From assembly GCA_965223845.1 (NCBI GenBank), contig CBDCXR010000004.1, forward strand, positions 1,984,001 to 2,048,000: DNA of 64,000 nucleotides, in the 5' to 3' direction. Under the pieces are notes generated by a model that had not been told where the DNA came from, did no database searches, and worked only from the letters and a program-made list of their open reading frames with translations. This DNA comes from Planctomycetota bacterium (GTDB lineage Bacteria; Planctomycetota; UBA8108; SXIK01). Numbering within the stretch: position 1 is the stretch's first letter; each line of letters opens with the position of its first letter. Shown here one piece after another: positions 31,351-42,181 of this stretch. The translations under genes were made by a program, and so were the position numbers.

Positions 31351-32355
31351 TCAAGAGTTCGCACCGGCGGCGAGATCGGTCCGACCGATTCTCTCCGTGT
31401 CGTCGTCGTCGGGAACGTCCTCGACACCGAGCGGCGCGCGAGGGGCCGTTACGGCGGAATCGTCGTCGAAGCAGCGGTCGAGGAAATGCGACGCCGCGGC
31501 GTCGAGCTCGTCCATCACGCGGTCGACTCGCCCCTGGAAAACGTGGTGGAGAAGCATGGAGGGAATCGCGACGGTGAGGCCAGCGGCGGTCGTTACGAGC
31601 GCGTGGTAGATTCCGTCCGCGAGCCGCTGTGCGCGCTCCGCCGTGCCCGCCTCACTCGCCTCGCCAAAACAGATGATGAGACCGAAGACGGTTCCGAGCA
31701 GTCCCAACAGCGGAGCGAGCGTCGCGACGACGGAAAACGCGCGCAGCCGTCGTTTGAGGAGGTCGAGCTCTCTCGCGCCGAACTCTTCGAGCGTCGTTTC
31801 GACCTCAGCCTCCCCGCGGCGGAGTCGCCGGAGGCCCTGGCGGAGCATCCGACCCACCGTGGTGTTCGACTCGCGACAAACTTCTTGCGCCGCGGTCGTA
31901 TCGGTCGCGAAACCGTCGTCGAAGCCGAGTTCGTCGACGACTCGGTCGACGAGCTCGATCCCGCCGATACGCGAGCGCCGGAGACTGATCCAGCGCTCGA
32001 TCGCGATGGTCGCGACGACGAGCGAACAGAGGAAGATCGGATACATGAGCGGCCCGCCGCTCACGATGAGGTCGAAGACCGTCGGCGCCGCGGCGACGGC
32101 GGTCTCGGCCGTGGGCGTTGCTCCGTCCGCTTCGCCCTGGGCGGCGAGGGGGAGAACCCACAGCGCCGCGAGGACGCCGAGGGCGACTTGGGCTAGGCGT
32201 CCGCGCCAGGATCGGGATCCGTTCAGAGAACGGTCGTCTCGGAAGGTCTCTTCGTCGCAGTTTCTCGACGATTCCTCCGGAATCGCCCGCGGTTCGCTTC
32301 GCGATGCCGATCGAGATGCCTCGTTTTCGAAGGCGGTGCGACAACGATTAGACAT
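31351..32355 (-). CDS. exbB: MotA/TolQ/ExbB proton-channel family protein
   Basis: GGPLMYPI, IER, LAPLLGLLGTVFGLI, GIYHALVTTAAGLTVAIP; TGATG overlap with the upstream TPR gene; true start may lie further downstream. Confidence 0.9.
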   Translation of the reverse strand: MSNRCRTAFENEASRSASRSEPRAIPEESSRNCDEETFRDDRSLNGSRSWRGRLAQVALGVLAALWVLPLAAQGEADGATPTAETAVAAAPTVFDLIVSGGPLMYPIFLCSLVVATIAIERWISLRRSRIGGIELVDRVVDELGFDDGFATDTTAAQEVCRESNTTVGRMLRQGLRRLRRGEAEVETTLEEFGARELDLLKRRLRAFSVVATLAPLLGLLGTVFGLIICFGEASEAGTAERAQRLADGIYHALVTTAAGLTVAIPSMLLHHVFQGRVDRVMDELDAAASHFLDRCFDDDSAVTAPRAPLGVEDVPDDDDTERIGRTDLAAGANS

Positions 32356-35300
32356 CAACGGGTCTCCAACTTTCGCAACCGCTCGGCGGCGAGCTTCGCC
32401 TCATCGCCGTCCGGGTACTTCGCGGACACTTCGCGGTAGTACTCTTCCGCGCGACCGGGCTCGTCGAGCGCCTCGAAACAACCCGCGACCTGAAGGAGTG
32501 CCTTCGCCGACCAGTCGTCGTAGGGATAGGTCGGCGGAATCTTGAGGAATTCGACCACGGCTTTCTTGTAGTCCTTCTTCGCGACGAGACATTGTCCGAT
32601 CTGAAACTGTGCGCGAGCGCCGGTCGGCGTGTTCGTCGCGGCGACAACCGCACGATAAGACTTCTCGGCGGCGTCGATCGAGCCTTGGTTCTCGAGGCAC
32701 CAGCCGAGCCCGAACTGCGCTCGATAGAGAACGTCGCTTTTCGGATACCGGCGCACAAATCCCGCGAAGATCTTCTGGCCCTCGGTGAACTTTCGATCCT
32801 CGACGAGACACTCTCCGTAGCTGACGAGAGCGAGCTCCGTTTCCTTCGCCTCCGGAAACTGAGCGGCGATCGAACGGAACAGCTCGCCGGCCTTCGTCAC
32901 CTGCTCGAGCGTGAGGAGAGACTTCGCCGCGAGAAACGCGATCTCAGGGTAGAGGTCGTTCTTCGTGTGTTTCGCCGCGAACGTCTCGAAGACTCCGACG
33001 GTGTCTTTCGGCTCGCCGAGCAGGTGGTGAGACCATGCGAGTCGGTAGAGAACGTCGGGCTGCTGCGCTCCGTCGAGATTCGCTAAGGGAGCGAGGAGCT
33101 TCTTCGTTTCCGCGTAGTTCTTCCGTTCAAACTCGAGCTCGGCGAGCTCGAGCTGCACGGTCCGTTGAAAGGCCTCACCGTCCGGTGCGCCCTTCTCTTC
33201 GAGCAGCTTGCGATAGGTCGCCGCCGCGTCGTCCGGCCTCTCGAGCCGCCGGTAGCACCACGCGATCTCGTAACGAACTCGGGCACGCTCGCTCGCGAGT
33301 GCCGGATCGTCGAGAAGCACGCTCAGCTCAGCGAGCGCCCGCTCCGCTTGACCCGACTTTGCGAGCGCTGCCGCCTCCTCGAGTCGAACTCGCCCGAGGC
33401 GCTCATCGTCCGGGAACTTCGTTTGAAATCGCTTCAGAATCGCCTGGGCCGCTTCATCGTCCCCTGCTTCACGAAGACAGAGTGCGAGTCGAAACGTCGC
33501 GTCGGCTTCAACCGCGCTTCCGGCGTGAGCGTCAACGATGCGCTGGAAGTAGCTCGCCGCGCGGCGTGGTTCGGAGGCGTCCTGTTCGATCGCTCCGAGA
33601 TAAAAGAGGGCGTGCGCCGCGAAGCTCGACTCGGGGTACGCATCGAGAAGCGCACCGAAATCCCGTTTGGCGGCACCGAAATCTTTCCGCTCGTAGGCGA
33701 TCTGACCGAGCTCGAAGGAGATGCGCTCGCGATAACGTGACTTCGGATTCTGTTCGAGCGCTTCCCGATACCGAGCGCGCGCGTCGTCGAATCGTTTCGC
33801 GAGCTGCGCGGCATGGCCGATCTTGAACGCGGCGTCGTCCGTTTGCTGCGCGAGCTCCGCGCGGTCGGACGCCGGAGCGCTTCGAATCACGGCGAGGTAC
33901 GAAGCGAGCTCCGTCGCGGCGCGGGCGTAGTCGCCGCTCTGGTAAGCCGCGTCGCCGAGATAGTAATGGTAGGAGCGCGCGAGCGGCGTCGCGGGGTTCC
34001 GCGGCGGCTTCAGATCGTCGAAGACGCGCACGGCCTCGGGGTAGCTTCCCTCCTGGTAGTAGGTCTGAGCGATGCGCATCCGCGTCTGAAACCGCGCCGC
34101 CGCATCGAGCGCATCTCCAGCTCGACTCAGGTACGCGCCGTAGGCCTGCCGGGCACCGGCGAAGTCGCCCATTTGAAAGCCGTTCTCGGCTTCGAGCTCG
34201 AGGACGTTTCCGAGATACTCACTCTCGGCGAACTTTCCGCGAAACGCCCGGCACGCCGCGCGCGACTGCGTCGGCTTTCCGCCGCGGTGGAGCGCGTAGG
34301 CCTCGAGGTAGCGAACGTGGTCGAGAGCAGAGTACTCCGGGCGCTTCGCGGCGAACGCAGCGAAGCGATCGGCGGCGAGCGCGAACTCTCCCGCGTTGAG
34401 CGCCGCCGAACCCAGTTCGAGCTCGAGCTCAGCGAGGATCGGACTCTCGGGGAAAGTCTCGATCGCCTTCGTGAGAACCCGCGTGGCCGAGGCCGCGTCG
34501 CTCTGTGCGAGCTCTCGCGCGAGCGCCAGACTCGCCTGGTCGCCGACGGCTTGCGAGTCGGTGAGATCGCCGAGGACCGCGATGGCGGCGTCCCGCGCGC
34601 CCTTCGCCGAGTGAGCGCGCGCGAGAAGGAGGCGCGCCTCGCCGAATCGCTCCGCGCGAGGGTAGCGCGCCGAAAAATCTTCGAGCGAGACGATTGCGGC
34701 GTCGTAGCGCTCCGTGCGAACGAGAGTTTTGCCGAGCCAAAAGAGCGCGGAACGCGCGTGCTCGCCGTCCTTTTTCTTCGCCAGGGATTCGAACAGGCCG
34801 ACCGCTTCGGCGTCGCGTCCCGATTCCGAGAGAAGGAGCGCCGCCATATAGGCCGAGTCCTCCTGGAAGGGACTCGCTCGAGACGAGGCGAGCTCGCGGA
34901 AGATCCCGAGCGAATCCGCGACGCTACGCTCGCTTCCTTCTCGGCGGAGTGACATCGCGAGATAGAATCGCGCGCGCTCGAGGTCGTCCGCCGAGGCCTT
35001 TCCTTCGCGGATGATTTCTCGATAGATCGACGCGGCCTCCGCGTGGCGATTGCCGACGTAGTGAGCCTCACCGAGCCCGAGCTGTGCCGCGGCGCGGTGG
35101 GCTGCGTTCTTCGCGTTCTCGGCGGACCAGCGGAACGCCTTTACGGCGTTTCGCTCATCGCCGGACGCCAGCAGACACTGCCCGAGAAGACGCGTCGCTT
35201 CCGCGCGCCGGCTGAAGCGCCGATTCCGGATCGCGTCCTTCAGGTAGCGAATCCCCGCTCGGAGGTGCTTGTCGCGCCTCGCCTTCGCCGGCTCGGACTC

Positions 35301-35642
35301 GGCGGCCTTCTCGTCGGCGGTGGCGAGCTTGTAGTGGCAGAGCGCAACGGCGTACTGAGCGAGCGCGAGGTCGCCGAACTTCGGATTCTCGGCGAGAAAC
35401 TTCTCGTACTCGGGGATAGCGAGATCGTAGAGCCCGCGATTGAAGAGAAAATTGATCTGGAGGAACTTCCGGCGTACGGGGTCGCTCTTTTCGGCCGCGG
35501 CGTCCGACCGTTCCTGTGCAGTCAGCGGCGAGCCGGACGCCGACGCCAAGAGGGTCACGACGATCGCAACGACGGAGTACGCAAGGGACAGACGAGAGGT
35601 GAGCCTCGTTCCCTTGGCTCGAAAGCTGGGGAGATAGCGCAT
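32355..35642 (-). CDS. Large periplasmic TPR protein (CpoB/BamD-like repeats)
   Basis: Signal peptide ending ...LTAQE; many A.F.LG...Y....A...F..L...YP.S units; C-terminal YREVSAKYPDGDEAKLAAERL. Confidence 0.88.
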   Translation of the reverse strand: MRYLPSFRAKGTRLTSRLSLAYSVVAIVVTLLASASGSPLTAQERSDAAAEKSDPVRRKFLQINFLFNRGLYDLAIPEYEKFLAENPKFGDLALAQYAVALCHYKLATADEKAAESEPAKARRDKHLRAGIRYLKDAIRNRRFSRRAEATRLLGQCLLASGDERNAVKAFRWSAENAKNAAHRAAAQLGLGEAHYVGNRHAEAASIYREIIREGKASADDLERARFYLAMSLRREGSERSVADSLGIFRELASSRASPFQEDSAYMAALLLSESGRDAEAVGLFESLAKKKDGEHARSALFWLGKTLVRTERYDAAIVSLEDFSARYPRAERFGEARLLLARAHSAKGARDAAIAVLGDLTDSQAVGDQASLALARELAQSDAASATRVLTKAIETFPESPILAELELELGSAALNAGEFALAADRFAAFAAKRPEYSALDHVRYLEAYALHRGGKPTQSRAACRAFRGKFAESEYLGNVLELEAENGFQMGDFAGARQAYGAYLSRAGDALDAAARFQTRMRIAQTYYQEGSYPEAVRVFDDLKPPRNPATPLARSYHYYLGDAAYQSGDYARAATELASYLAVIRSAPASDRAELAQQTDDAAFKIGHAAQLAKRFDDARARYREALEQNPKSRYRERISFELGQIAYERKDFGAAKRDFGALLDAYPESSFAAHALFYLGAIEQDASEPRRAASYFQRIVDAHAGSAVEADATFRLALCLREAGDDEAAQAILKRFQTKFPDDERLGRVRLEEAAALAKSGQAERALAELSVLLDDPALASERARVRYEIAWCYRRLERPDDAAATYRKLLEEKGAPDGEAFQRTVQLELAELEFERKNYAETKKLLAPLANLDGAQQPDVLYRLAWSHHLLGEPKDTVGVFETFAAKHTKNDLYPEIAFLAAKSLLTLEQVTKAGELFRSIAAQFPEAKETELALVSYGECLVEDRKFTEGQKIFAGFVRRYPKSDVLYRAQFGLGWCLENQGSIDAAEKSYRAVVAATNTPTGARAQFQIGQCLVAKKDYKKAVVEFLKIPPTYPYDDWSAKALLQVAGCFEALDEPGRAEEYYREVSAKYPDGDEAKLAAERLRKLETR

Positions 35643-35997
35643 GGCTCGAGGGGAATCGCGGGGCTGGGGGCGCGGGCGGGAAGAAGGACGAGGGCGGCCC
35701 CGTTCCCGTACCGCTTCCACGGACGGAAGCGAGGACGTAGTCACCGGCGAGTATAGGGGGCCGCGGCGAGGCAAGGTAGCCCTTTTTTCAGGGTCGACGC
35801 CGGTACGTGCACGCCGGCTCGGCATCAACTTCCGTACCGTTTCGCGGGCTGCCGATGGGTTCACGGATCCAACGGCCGATCGCGAGCGAGCGGTGCCGCT
35901 CTGCGACCCGACGCTTGTCTCGTTCTTGGACGATCGCTCCTACTCGGACCGACCTTCGTCAGTTCGGCGTGTCGATTCCGTCCCGCGGGATCGTGCT

Positions 35998-37996
35998 TCA
36001 GCACGCGTCGTAGAAGCACGCCGCGAGAGTATCGCCGCTCGGATCTGGTCCGCAGTCGAGGTTTCCGGGGATCGCCGGCGGTGCGCCGTCGCCGAAGAGA
36101 AAATTGAGGAGGTTGATCGGATCGGCGATGTTCACTCCGCCGCTGTCGTCGACGTCCGCAGCGTCCGGACAGTCGAGTTGATCGGCGCCCCCGCCGAAGA
36201 GAAAGTTGAGGACGCCGATCGCGTCCGCGATGTTCGCCGTTCCCGTGCTGTCCGCGTCGCCGCGACGAAAGAGGACCTCGCCGCACGATCCGAACTCCGG
36301 CGGGACGACGCCTTCGACGTAAGCGATCAGATCGAGCTCGAGATCCGCGTCACCGCCGGGGTCGGGGATTCCGATCGTGAGATACGTGCCGGACGGCGCG
36401 CCGAAGTCGACGACCGGCGCTTGGAGAGCGACTCCCGTTCCCGTTCCGATTCGAGTCACGGCGGTAGCCGAGCCGTTCAGATAGACGGTGAGATCGTAGG
36501 AGTCGTCGGCTTCGGGATCCTCGATCGTCACCCAGAGCGACCAAAACCGATCGATGTCGGCACCGTCGAGAGTCGTCGCCGGGGCCGTGCTGAGCTGGAG
36601 CGCACCGACGGACTGTAGCGCGAACGAGAGCGACGCCGGAGCGCCGCCTTCCGTCGCGACGGTGCCGTCGTCGACGAAGAGCGCGCCGACGTGTCCGACG
36701 CCCTGAACGAGGGAGCTCCCGTCGCCCATCGGTTGTGCGTCGAGAAAGCTAGGCGACTCGACAGCCGGCCGGACGCGCCACCGCACTGCGAAGGTGAGGC
36801 CATCGCGGAGCAGATTCCGCGACTCGTTCCCGATGGGAAGTCCGAAGAGCAGGCTCCGGTTGTTCGGTGATGTGAACGCCTCGGGGAACTCCGTCGCGAG
36901 ACTTCCGGCCGGCGCGGAAGTGTTTCCAGGGTTCACGAGACGGAGCACGCTCGCCCTTGTCCGGCACGCGGAACCTCCCGCGACGGACGAGAGCGCCAAG
37001 CCTCCGGGAGCGGCACCGTCCGGCGCAGCCCCGATGTCGTCCGGGGCGCTGCCGTCCCATTCGTCGCGATTGATCGCGCGCACCCAACGGCCGTCGAGGT
37101 TGCCCGGTTCGCCCGCCACCGGATTGAACCGCAACTCCCCAAACGAGAACTCCGTCGCGTAGTCCCAACCGCCGGGCGGCGAGGGAAACGGGCCGAGCTC
37201 CGCGAACGGAAGCGAGATCGTGCAGGTCGCATCGCAGGCCGCTCCGACTTCGTATCCCGCCGGAGAGATCGGAAAAAACTCGTACGTGTGCGGCTCGCCC
37301 GCGACCAAGACCGTTTCGAGATCGACGAACTCGAGTGCGGCGGCATCCGCGGCGTCTGCGATGACGACACCGTCGCGTTCGATCCGAACGCTCGTCCACG
37401 TCTTCACGATGTTGTCCCAGGAAATCCGCACGCGAGGGACGCCGCCGACGTCGACGATCTCGCAGGCGAAGCTCTCTGGGCAGAGCGACGCGGCGCAGCG
37501 GATCGTGCAGGTCGTCTCGTCGGCGAAGCGGAAGGTGACGCTGTAATCGGTATCGTCCTCCCCTTCATCGGACTCGACGTCGGGATCGTCGTAGGACGTC
37601 GCACCCGCGGGCAGAGTCGCGAGGAGAGCACCTTCGCGCCGGACCTCGATCTCGGTCGCGGCCGGGATCGGGTCCCACGTGAGCATCGCCTGCGTGCGCT
37701 CGTCCGCGCCGATGCTGAGCACACACGCGAGCGCGTCCGGGGAGCGATCGGTGCAGTCAATGACGCAGCTCGCCGAGCACTCGGATCCGGGAAGACGGCC
37801 GACGACTTCGTAGAGATTGTCCCGATCTCCCGGGTCGAGGTCGACGACGCTCGTCGTCGTGCCGGCGAACGGCGAGCCGTCGATCGGCTCACCGTTTCGG
37901 AGCACGACGAACTCATCGAACGTGCGGGGGTTCCAGTCGATCACAACGGAGTCGTTCGCCAGGTCGTAGCGACACGCGAGACCGTCGATCGAGCAT
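35998..37996 (-). CDS. C-terminal part of a frameshifted secreted protein: Cys-bounded Ig-like repeats + dockerin-like tail
   Basis: From CSIDGLACRYD onward the frame continues the repeat pattern of the upstream ORF; ends FRRGDADSTGTANIAD...DAADVDDSGGVNIADP. No independent signal peptide. Confidence 0.75.
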
Positions 37997-39388
37997 GTTC
38001 GCATCGAGCGCCGGAAGGAGCGAGAGATCGGAGCTCGATAGCGTCGCGTTGTGAACTTCGACCGCGAGCACGTTGTCGCCGCTCCGGATGAGTTCGGGTG
38101 GAACGTTGAACATCTCAACCGTTCCGGCCTCTCGCGCGAAGGTCGCGGGCGCGTCGAACGGGACGGGGTCGCCGGCGCTCCCGAGATTCGTCGAGCGCGC
38201 GACCTCCTCGCCGTTCAAGTACGCGACGAAGCTGTCGTCGTAATCGATGAAGAGCGTCAAATTCCCGACGCGGCTCGCGTCCGGAAGGGCGAAGGTACTT
38301 CGGCAAAACACCGCGAAGTACCCGTCCTCCATATCATCGAGGATCGTCGCATCGTCGCCGTCGCCGTAGCCGATGCCGGTTGGACCGGCGGCCCAGCCGG
38401 CATCGTCGAAGGATCGCTCCGCCCAGTCGACGGGGGGAGCCTCGGTCCCCTTTAGGTACCGCCACTCGTCGCCAACCACGACGAGAGCGATCGTCGACGA
38501 AGGAGTGCACTCGATCGGAGGACAATCGACGCCGTCGACTCGCGCGATCACCTCGTATCGACTCGAAAAGTCACCGGGCTCGAAGTCATCCGCCGCCGTC
38601 GCTGCACCCGCGAACGGGGAACCCGCGATCTCAGCGCCGTCGCGCAGCACGCGAATCGACTCGTAGGCGACCGCGTCGGAATTCGTCCACTCGAGCGAAA
38701 CTCGATCGCCGCGCGCCGTGCACGCGAGATCGGTCGGGCAAATCAGCACCGGATCGTCGAGAGCGAGACGCGCGTTGAACGACAGGTCCGAGCTGTTGAG
38801 CGCCACGTTGAGGAGATGGACCGCGATCGTGTTCGTACCGAGCTCGAACGCACCGAGCGCCGGAGTGAGATCGATGAGTTCGGGCCCCGTCGCCTCGTGC
38901 CCCATGGCGGCAACCGCATCGTAGGCGAGATCAGGCTCCGTCCCGGCGTTCCTCCGAACGACCTCGGTTCCGTTTACGTAGAGGACAAAGCCGTCGTCGT
39001 AGTCGACCGAGAGCACCGCGGCGAAGACTTCGGCGAGGCTCCCGACGTCGACCGTTCGCCGGAGGTAGACCGTTGTGTAATTCCCCTCCATGTCGTCGAG
39101 GAGCGTCGCGTCGTCGGCGTCGGCATAGCCGATCCCGGTCTCTCCGACGAGCCAGCCGGAGTCGTCGAAGTCTGGCTCGCGCCAGGCATTCGGCGGATCG
39201 GACGGCGGCTCCCGGCCCGGGAGGTAGCTCCACTCCGCGCCGAAATCGAAGAGGACCTCTTGCGCCGCGAGCGGTGAACGAACCGCTCCGATCGCGAGCG
39301 CGACGAAGCCCAGGACGACGGGGCCGAGCGCGATCGCCGTGGCCCGCGCTGCGGACGCTCGACGAGAGCCGATGCTGCGAATACTCAT
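37913..39388 (-). CDS. N-terminal part of a frameshifted secreted protein: two galactose-binding-like (CotH-associated type) domains
   Basis: GAGGGA RBS; signal peptide; two copies of W.Y..G...P...W....FDD.GW..G.TGIGY.D.DDAT.LDDM...DYDD.FV.Y.NG.EV.R...SSDLS; similarity stops abruptly at ~37997. Confidence 0.8.
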   Translation of the reverse strand: MSIRSIGSRRASAARATAIALGPVVLGFVALAIGAVRSPLAAQEVLFDFGAEWSYLPGREPPSDPPNAWREPDFDDSGWLVGETGIGYADADDATLLDDMEGNYTTVYLRRTVDVGSLAEVFAAVLSVDYDDGFVLYVNGTEVVRRNAGTEPDLAYDAVAAMGHEATGPELIDLTPALGAFELGTNTIAVHLLNVALNSSDLSFNARLALDDPVLICPTDLACTARGDRVSLEWTNSDAVAYESIRVLRDGAEIAGSPFAGAATAADDFEPGDFSSRYEVIARVDGVDCPPIECTPSSTIALVVVGDEWRYLKGTEAPPVDWAERSFDDAGWAAGPTGIGYGDGDDATILDDMEDGYFAVFCRSTFALPDASRVGNLTLFIDYDDSFVAYLNGEEVARSTNLGSAGDPVPFDAPATFAREAGTVEMFNVPPELIRSGDNVLAVEVHNATLSSSDLSLLPALDANMLDRRSRVSLRPGERLRCDRLEPPHVR

Positions 39389-39618
39389 GGATCCCTCTCT
39401 TCAGAGTCGATGGGCCGGGAGGGATCCGCTCGAGCAGCAGGCACACGCAGCCCCGACGCGGCACCCGGGGAGATCCGGGCGCTCACGCAGTACCACGCGA
39501 ACTCGGAGGTTTGAGCCAGACCCTCGCCCAACCCTGGCGAGAAGGCGGCTATCTTAGCTCGAGACTCGCGCGCTTTCAGCAGACGACCGGGGCGCGCCCC
39601 GAGGCGCGGAGTCCGCCG

Positions 39619-40353
39619 TCAGGGGCGATCGGCGGCCTCGCCGGCCGACTCCGCCGCGCGGACCGAATCCGGCGCGGCGTCGACCGCCGCGGGGGTGGGC
39701 TGGGCGAGACGCGCCAGGCGCGACCGTGCGCCGACCGCGAAGCGCGATTCGGCGTGCCGAGTGAGGAATGCTTCGTAGGCCTCGACCGTGTCGGCGCTCG
39801 TCGCCGCGAGAAAATCGATTCTTGCGAGTGCGGCTTCAGCGTCGCCTGCGTGAGTGCTGCGAGGAAACTCGATGAGAAATCGCTCGAGCGCGTGTCGCGA
39901 GTTCGTCTTGACCGCGGCGCGGTAGGCGAGTTCCTCGAGACGCGCGCGCGCGTCTCGCCGGTACGTGTTGCCGGGGTACTCGCGCAGAAACTCGCGATAC
40001 GCCTTCGCCGTGTCGGCCTCGACGGCGGCGCGATAGGCGAGCCGCACGCGCTCGGTGCGTGCGGCTTCGGCGAAGCGTCCGCGCGGAAACTCCCGCAGGT
40101 ACTCATCCACCGCCTCGGGCGTGCCCTTTGCGACTCGCGTCTCGAAGAAGATGCGCTCGACGTGGTCGTAGGCCTCGTCCGAATACCGCCCGTTCGGGTA
40201 CTTGACGAGGTGCTGACGAAACGCGCCGATCGTGTTCGTCGAGACGGCGCGATAGAACGAATGGCGTTCGGCGCAGGAAACGAAGAGGAGACAGCCGATG
40301 AGCGATACCGCTCCGAGAAGTCGCCGGTAGAGGGGGCGCGAGTGCTTCGACAT
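39619..40353 (-). CDS. Lipoprotein with five ~31-aa helical repeats
   Basis: Lipobox FVSC; repeats T..A...(Y/F)L..(Y/F)P.G.....A..R...L.Y.AA. Confidence 0.75.
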   Translation of the reverse strand: MSKHSRPLYRRLLGAVSLIGCLLFVSCAERHSFYRAVSTNTIGAFRQHLVKYPNGRYSDEAYDHVERIFFETRVAKGTPEAVDEYLREFPRGRFAEAARTERVRLAYRAAVEADTAKAYREFLREYPGNTYRRDARARLEELAYRAAVKTNSRHALERFLIEFPRSTHAGDAEAALARIDFLAATSADTVEAYEAFLTRHAESRFAVGARSRLARLAQPTPAAVDAAPDSVRAAESAGEAADRP

Positions 40354-40768
40354 GCTTGGCCTTTCGGGATTCCGGTTCGCGAGGGGACCTGCGAGGCTTC
40401 CGCTGCATCCGCGGCGCGTGGACCGCGTGCGAGCGCCGCCTCCGTCCGAGAATGCAGCGCTACTGGAATATCGGCTGAATGGAGCGCGATCTGTGACCCT
40501 CGCCCCCTGCGAGGGCCCGCTGCTCCTCCGCAAGGGCCAGGGTCGCGGCCGGCTCGACGTTACCGGTCCGATTCGAACCCCTGCCGACGGAACAGAAGCC
40601 GGAGAGCCATCGCCGGCCGATCTTGGTAAAGTGGGAGGCTTCTCTCGAATCCGCTCGACCGCGATGGCCGCATGACCGAGCGACCCTGACGCCGACTCTC
40701 GCCCCGTCGCTTTGGCCCGAGCCGGACCGTTTCGACACTCTCAGCCCCCTTCTCGGGGGGACGCAGAC

Positions 40769-42181
40769 ATGGCAAAGCATCTCCTGCAGAAAGTCTGGGA
40801 CGCCCACACCGTTCGCCAGCTCCCGAACGGCCAAACCCAGCTCTTCATCGGCCTCCATCTCATTCACGAAGTGACAAGCCCGCAGGCGTTCGAGGATCTC
40901 CGTCGCCGCGGCCTCCGCGTGCGCCATCCGGAGCGGACGTTCGCCACCGTCGACCACATCGTTCCGACGGACGGGGTGGCTCGCCCCTTCGCCGACTCGC
41001 TCGCCGAGGAGATGATGGTCGCGATCGAGGAAAACTGTCGCGAGTCCGGAGTCTCGCTTTTCAATCTCGCCGACCCTCGGCAAGGCGTCGTCCACGTCGT
41101 CGGCCCCGAGCAGGGACTCACGCAACCCGGCATGACGATCGCGTGCGGGGACAGTCACACCTCGACTCACGGAGCGTTCGGCGCGATCGCGTTCGGCATT
41201 GGAACGAGCCAAGTGCGAGACATTCTCGCGTCGCAGTGCATGGCGATCGATCCGCTGAAGGTCCGGCGCATCGAGGTCAACGGGGCGCTTGCTCCGGGGG
41301 TTTACGCCAAGGACGTGATCCTCGCGATCATCCATCGACTCGGGGTCCAAGGCGGCGTCGGCTACGCGTACGAGTACGCCGGCAGCGCGATCGACGCGAT
41401 GTCGATGGAAGAGCGCATGTCGGTCTGCAATATGTCGATCGAAGGCGGCGCACGCGTCGGTTACGTAAATCCGGACGAGACCACGTTCGACTATCTCGAG
41501 GGACGTCCCCACGCGCCGACCGGCGCGGCGTGGGAGCGCGCGGTCGAGTGGTGGCGATCGATGGCGTCCGACGCGGAGGCGAGCTACGACGACGTCGTGC
41601 GGCTCGCGGCGGAGGACATTCGCCCGGTCGTCACCTGGGGGATCCACCCCGGGCAGTCGGTCCCCGTCGACAGCACGCTCCCGGATCCTCGCACCGCGGG
41701 AGCGGAGGCGTCGGGCATCGAGGAGGCGCTCGCGTTCATGGAGTTCTCGGCGGGACAGAAGATCGCCGGAACGAAAGTCGACGTCGCGTTTATCGGCTCG
41801 TGCACGAACGGTCGCATCTCCGATCTCCGCGAGGCGGCGCGCGTCGTCCGCGGTCGCCGCGTGGCGCGGGGGGTCAAGGCGCTCGCCGTCCCGGGCTCGC
41901 AGCAAGTTCGAGCACAGGCGGAAGCCGAGGGCATCGACGAGATCCTCCGCGAAGCGGGATTCGAATGGCGCGGTGCCGGCTGCTCGATGTGTCTCGCAAT
42001 GAATCCGGACAAGCTGAGTGGACGCCAGATTTGCGCGTCCAGCTCCAATCGGAACTTCAAGGGCCGGCAGGGCAGCCCGACCGGGCGAACTCTACTGATG
42101 TCGCCGGCCATGGTGGCCGCCGCCGCCGTGACGGGCGCAGTCACCGATGTGCGTGAGCTCCTCGAGGAGGTGGCGGTATGA
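40769..42181 (+). CDS. leuC: 3-isopropylmalate dehydratase large subunit
   Basis: [50 protein letters not shown]. Confidence 0.98.
   Translation: MAKHLLQKVWDAHTVRQLPNGQTQLFIGLHLIHEVTSPQAFEDLRRRGLRVRHPERTFATVDHIVPTDGVARPFADSLAEEMMVAIEENCRESGVSLFNLADPRQGVVHVVGPEQGLTQPGMTIACGDSHTSTHGAFGAIAFGIGTSQVRDILASQCMAIDPLKVRRIEVNGALAPGVYAKDVILAIIHRLGVQGGVGYAYEYAGSAIDAMSMEERMSVCNMSIEGGARVGYVNPDETTFDYLEGRPHAPTGAAWERAVEWWRSMASDAEASYDDVVRLAAEDIRPVVTWGIHPGQSVPVDSTLPDPRTAGAEASGIEEALAFMEFSAGQKIAGTKVDVAFIGSCTNGRISDLREAARVVRGRRVARGVKALAVPGSQQVRAQAEAEGIDEILREAGFEWRGAGCSMCLAMNPDKLSGRQICASSSNRNFKGRQGSPTGRTLLMSPAMVAAAAVTGAVTDVRELLEEVAV

Noticed and set aside
40560-40590. GATTCGAACC resembling a tRNA T-loop on the minus strand
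   Set aside because: Flanks do not form a T-stem, and there is no acceptor stem or cloverleaf.
40440-40768. Leucine attenuator/leader peptide upstream of leuC
   Set aside because: No short Leu-rich ORF with RBS and no U-tailed terminator; only a small CCCCC/GGGGG hairpin at the RBS.
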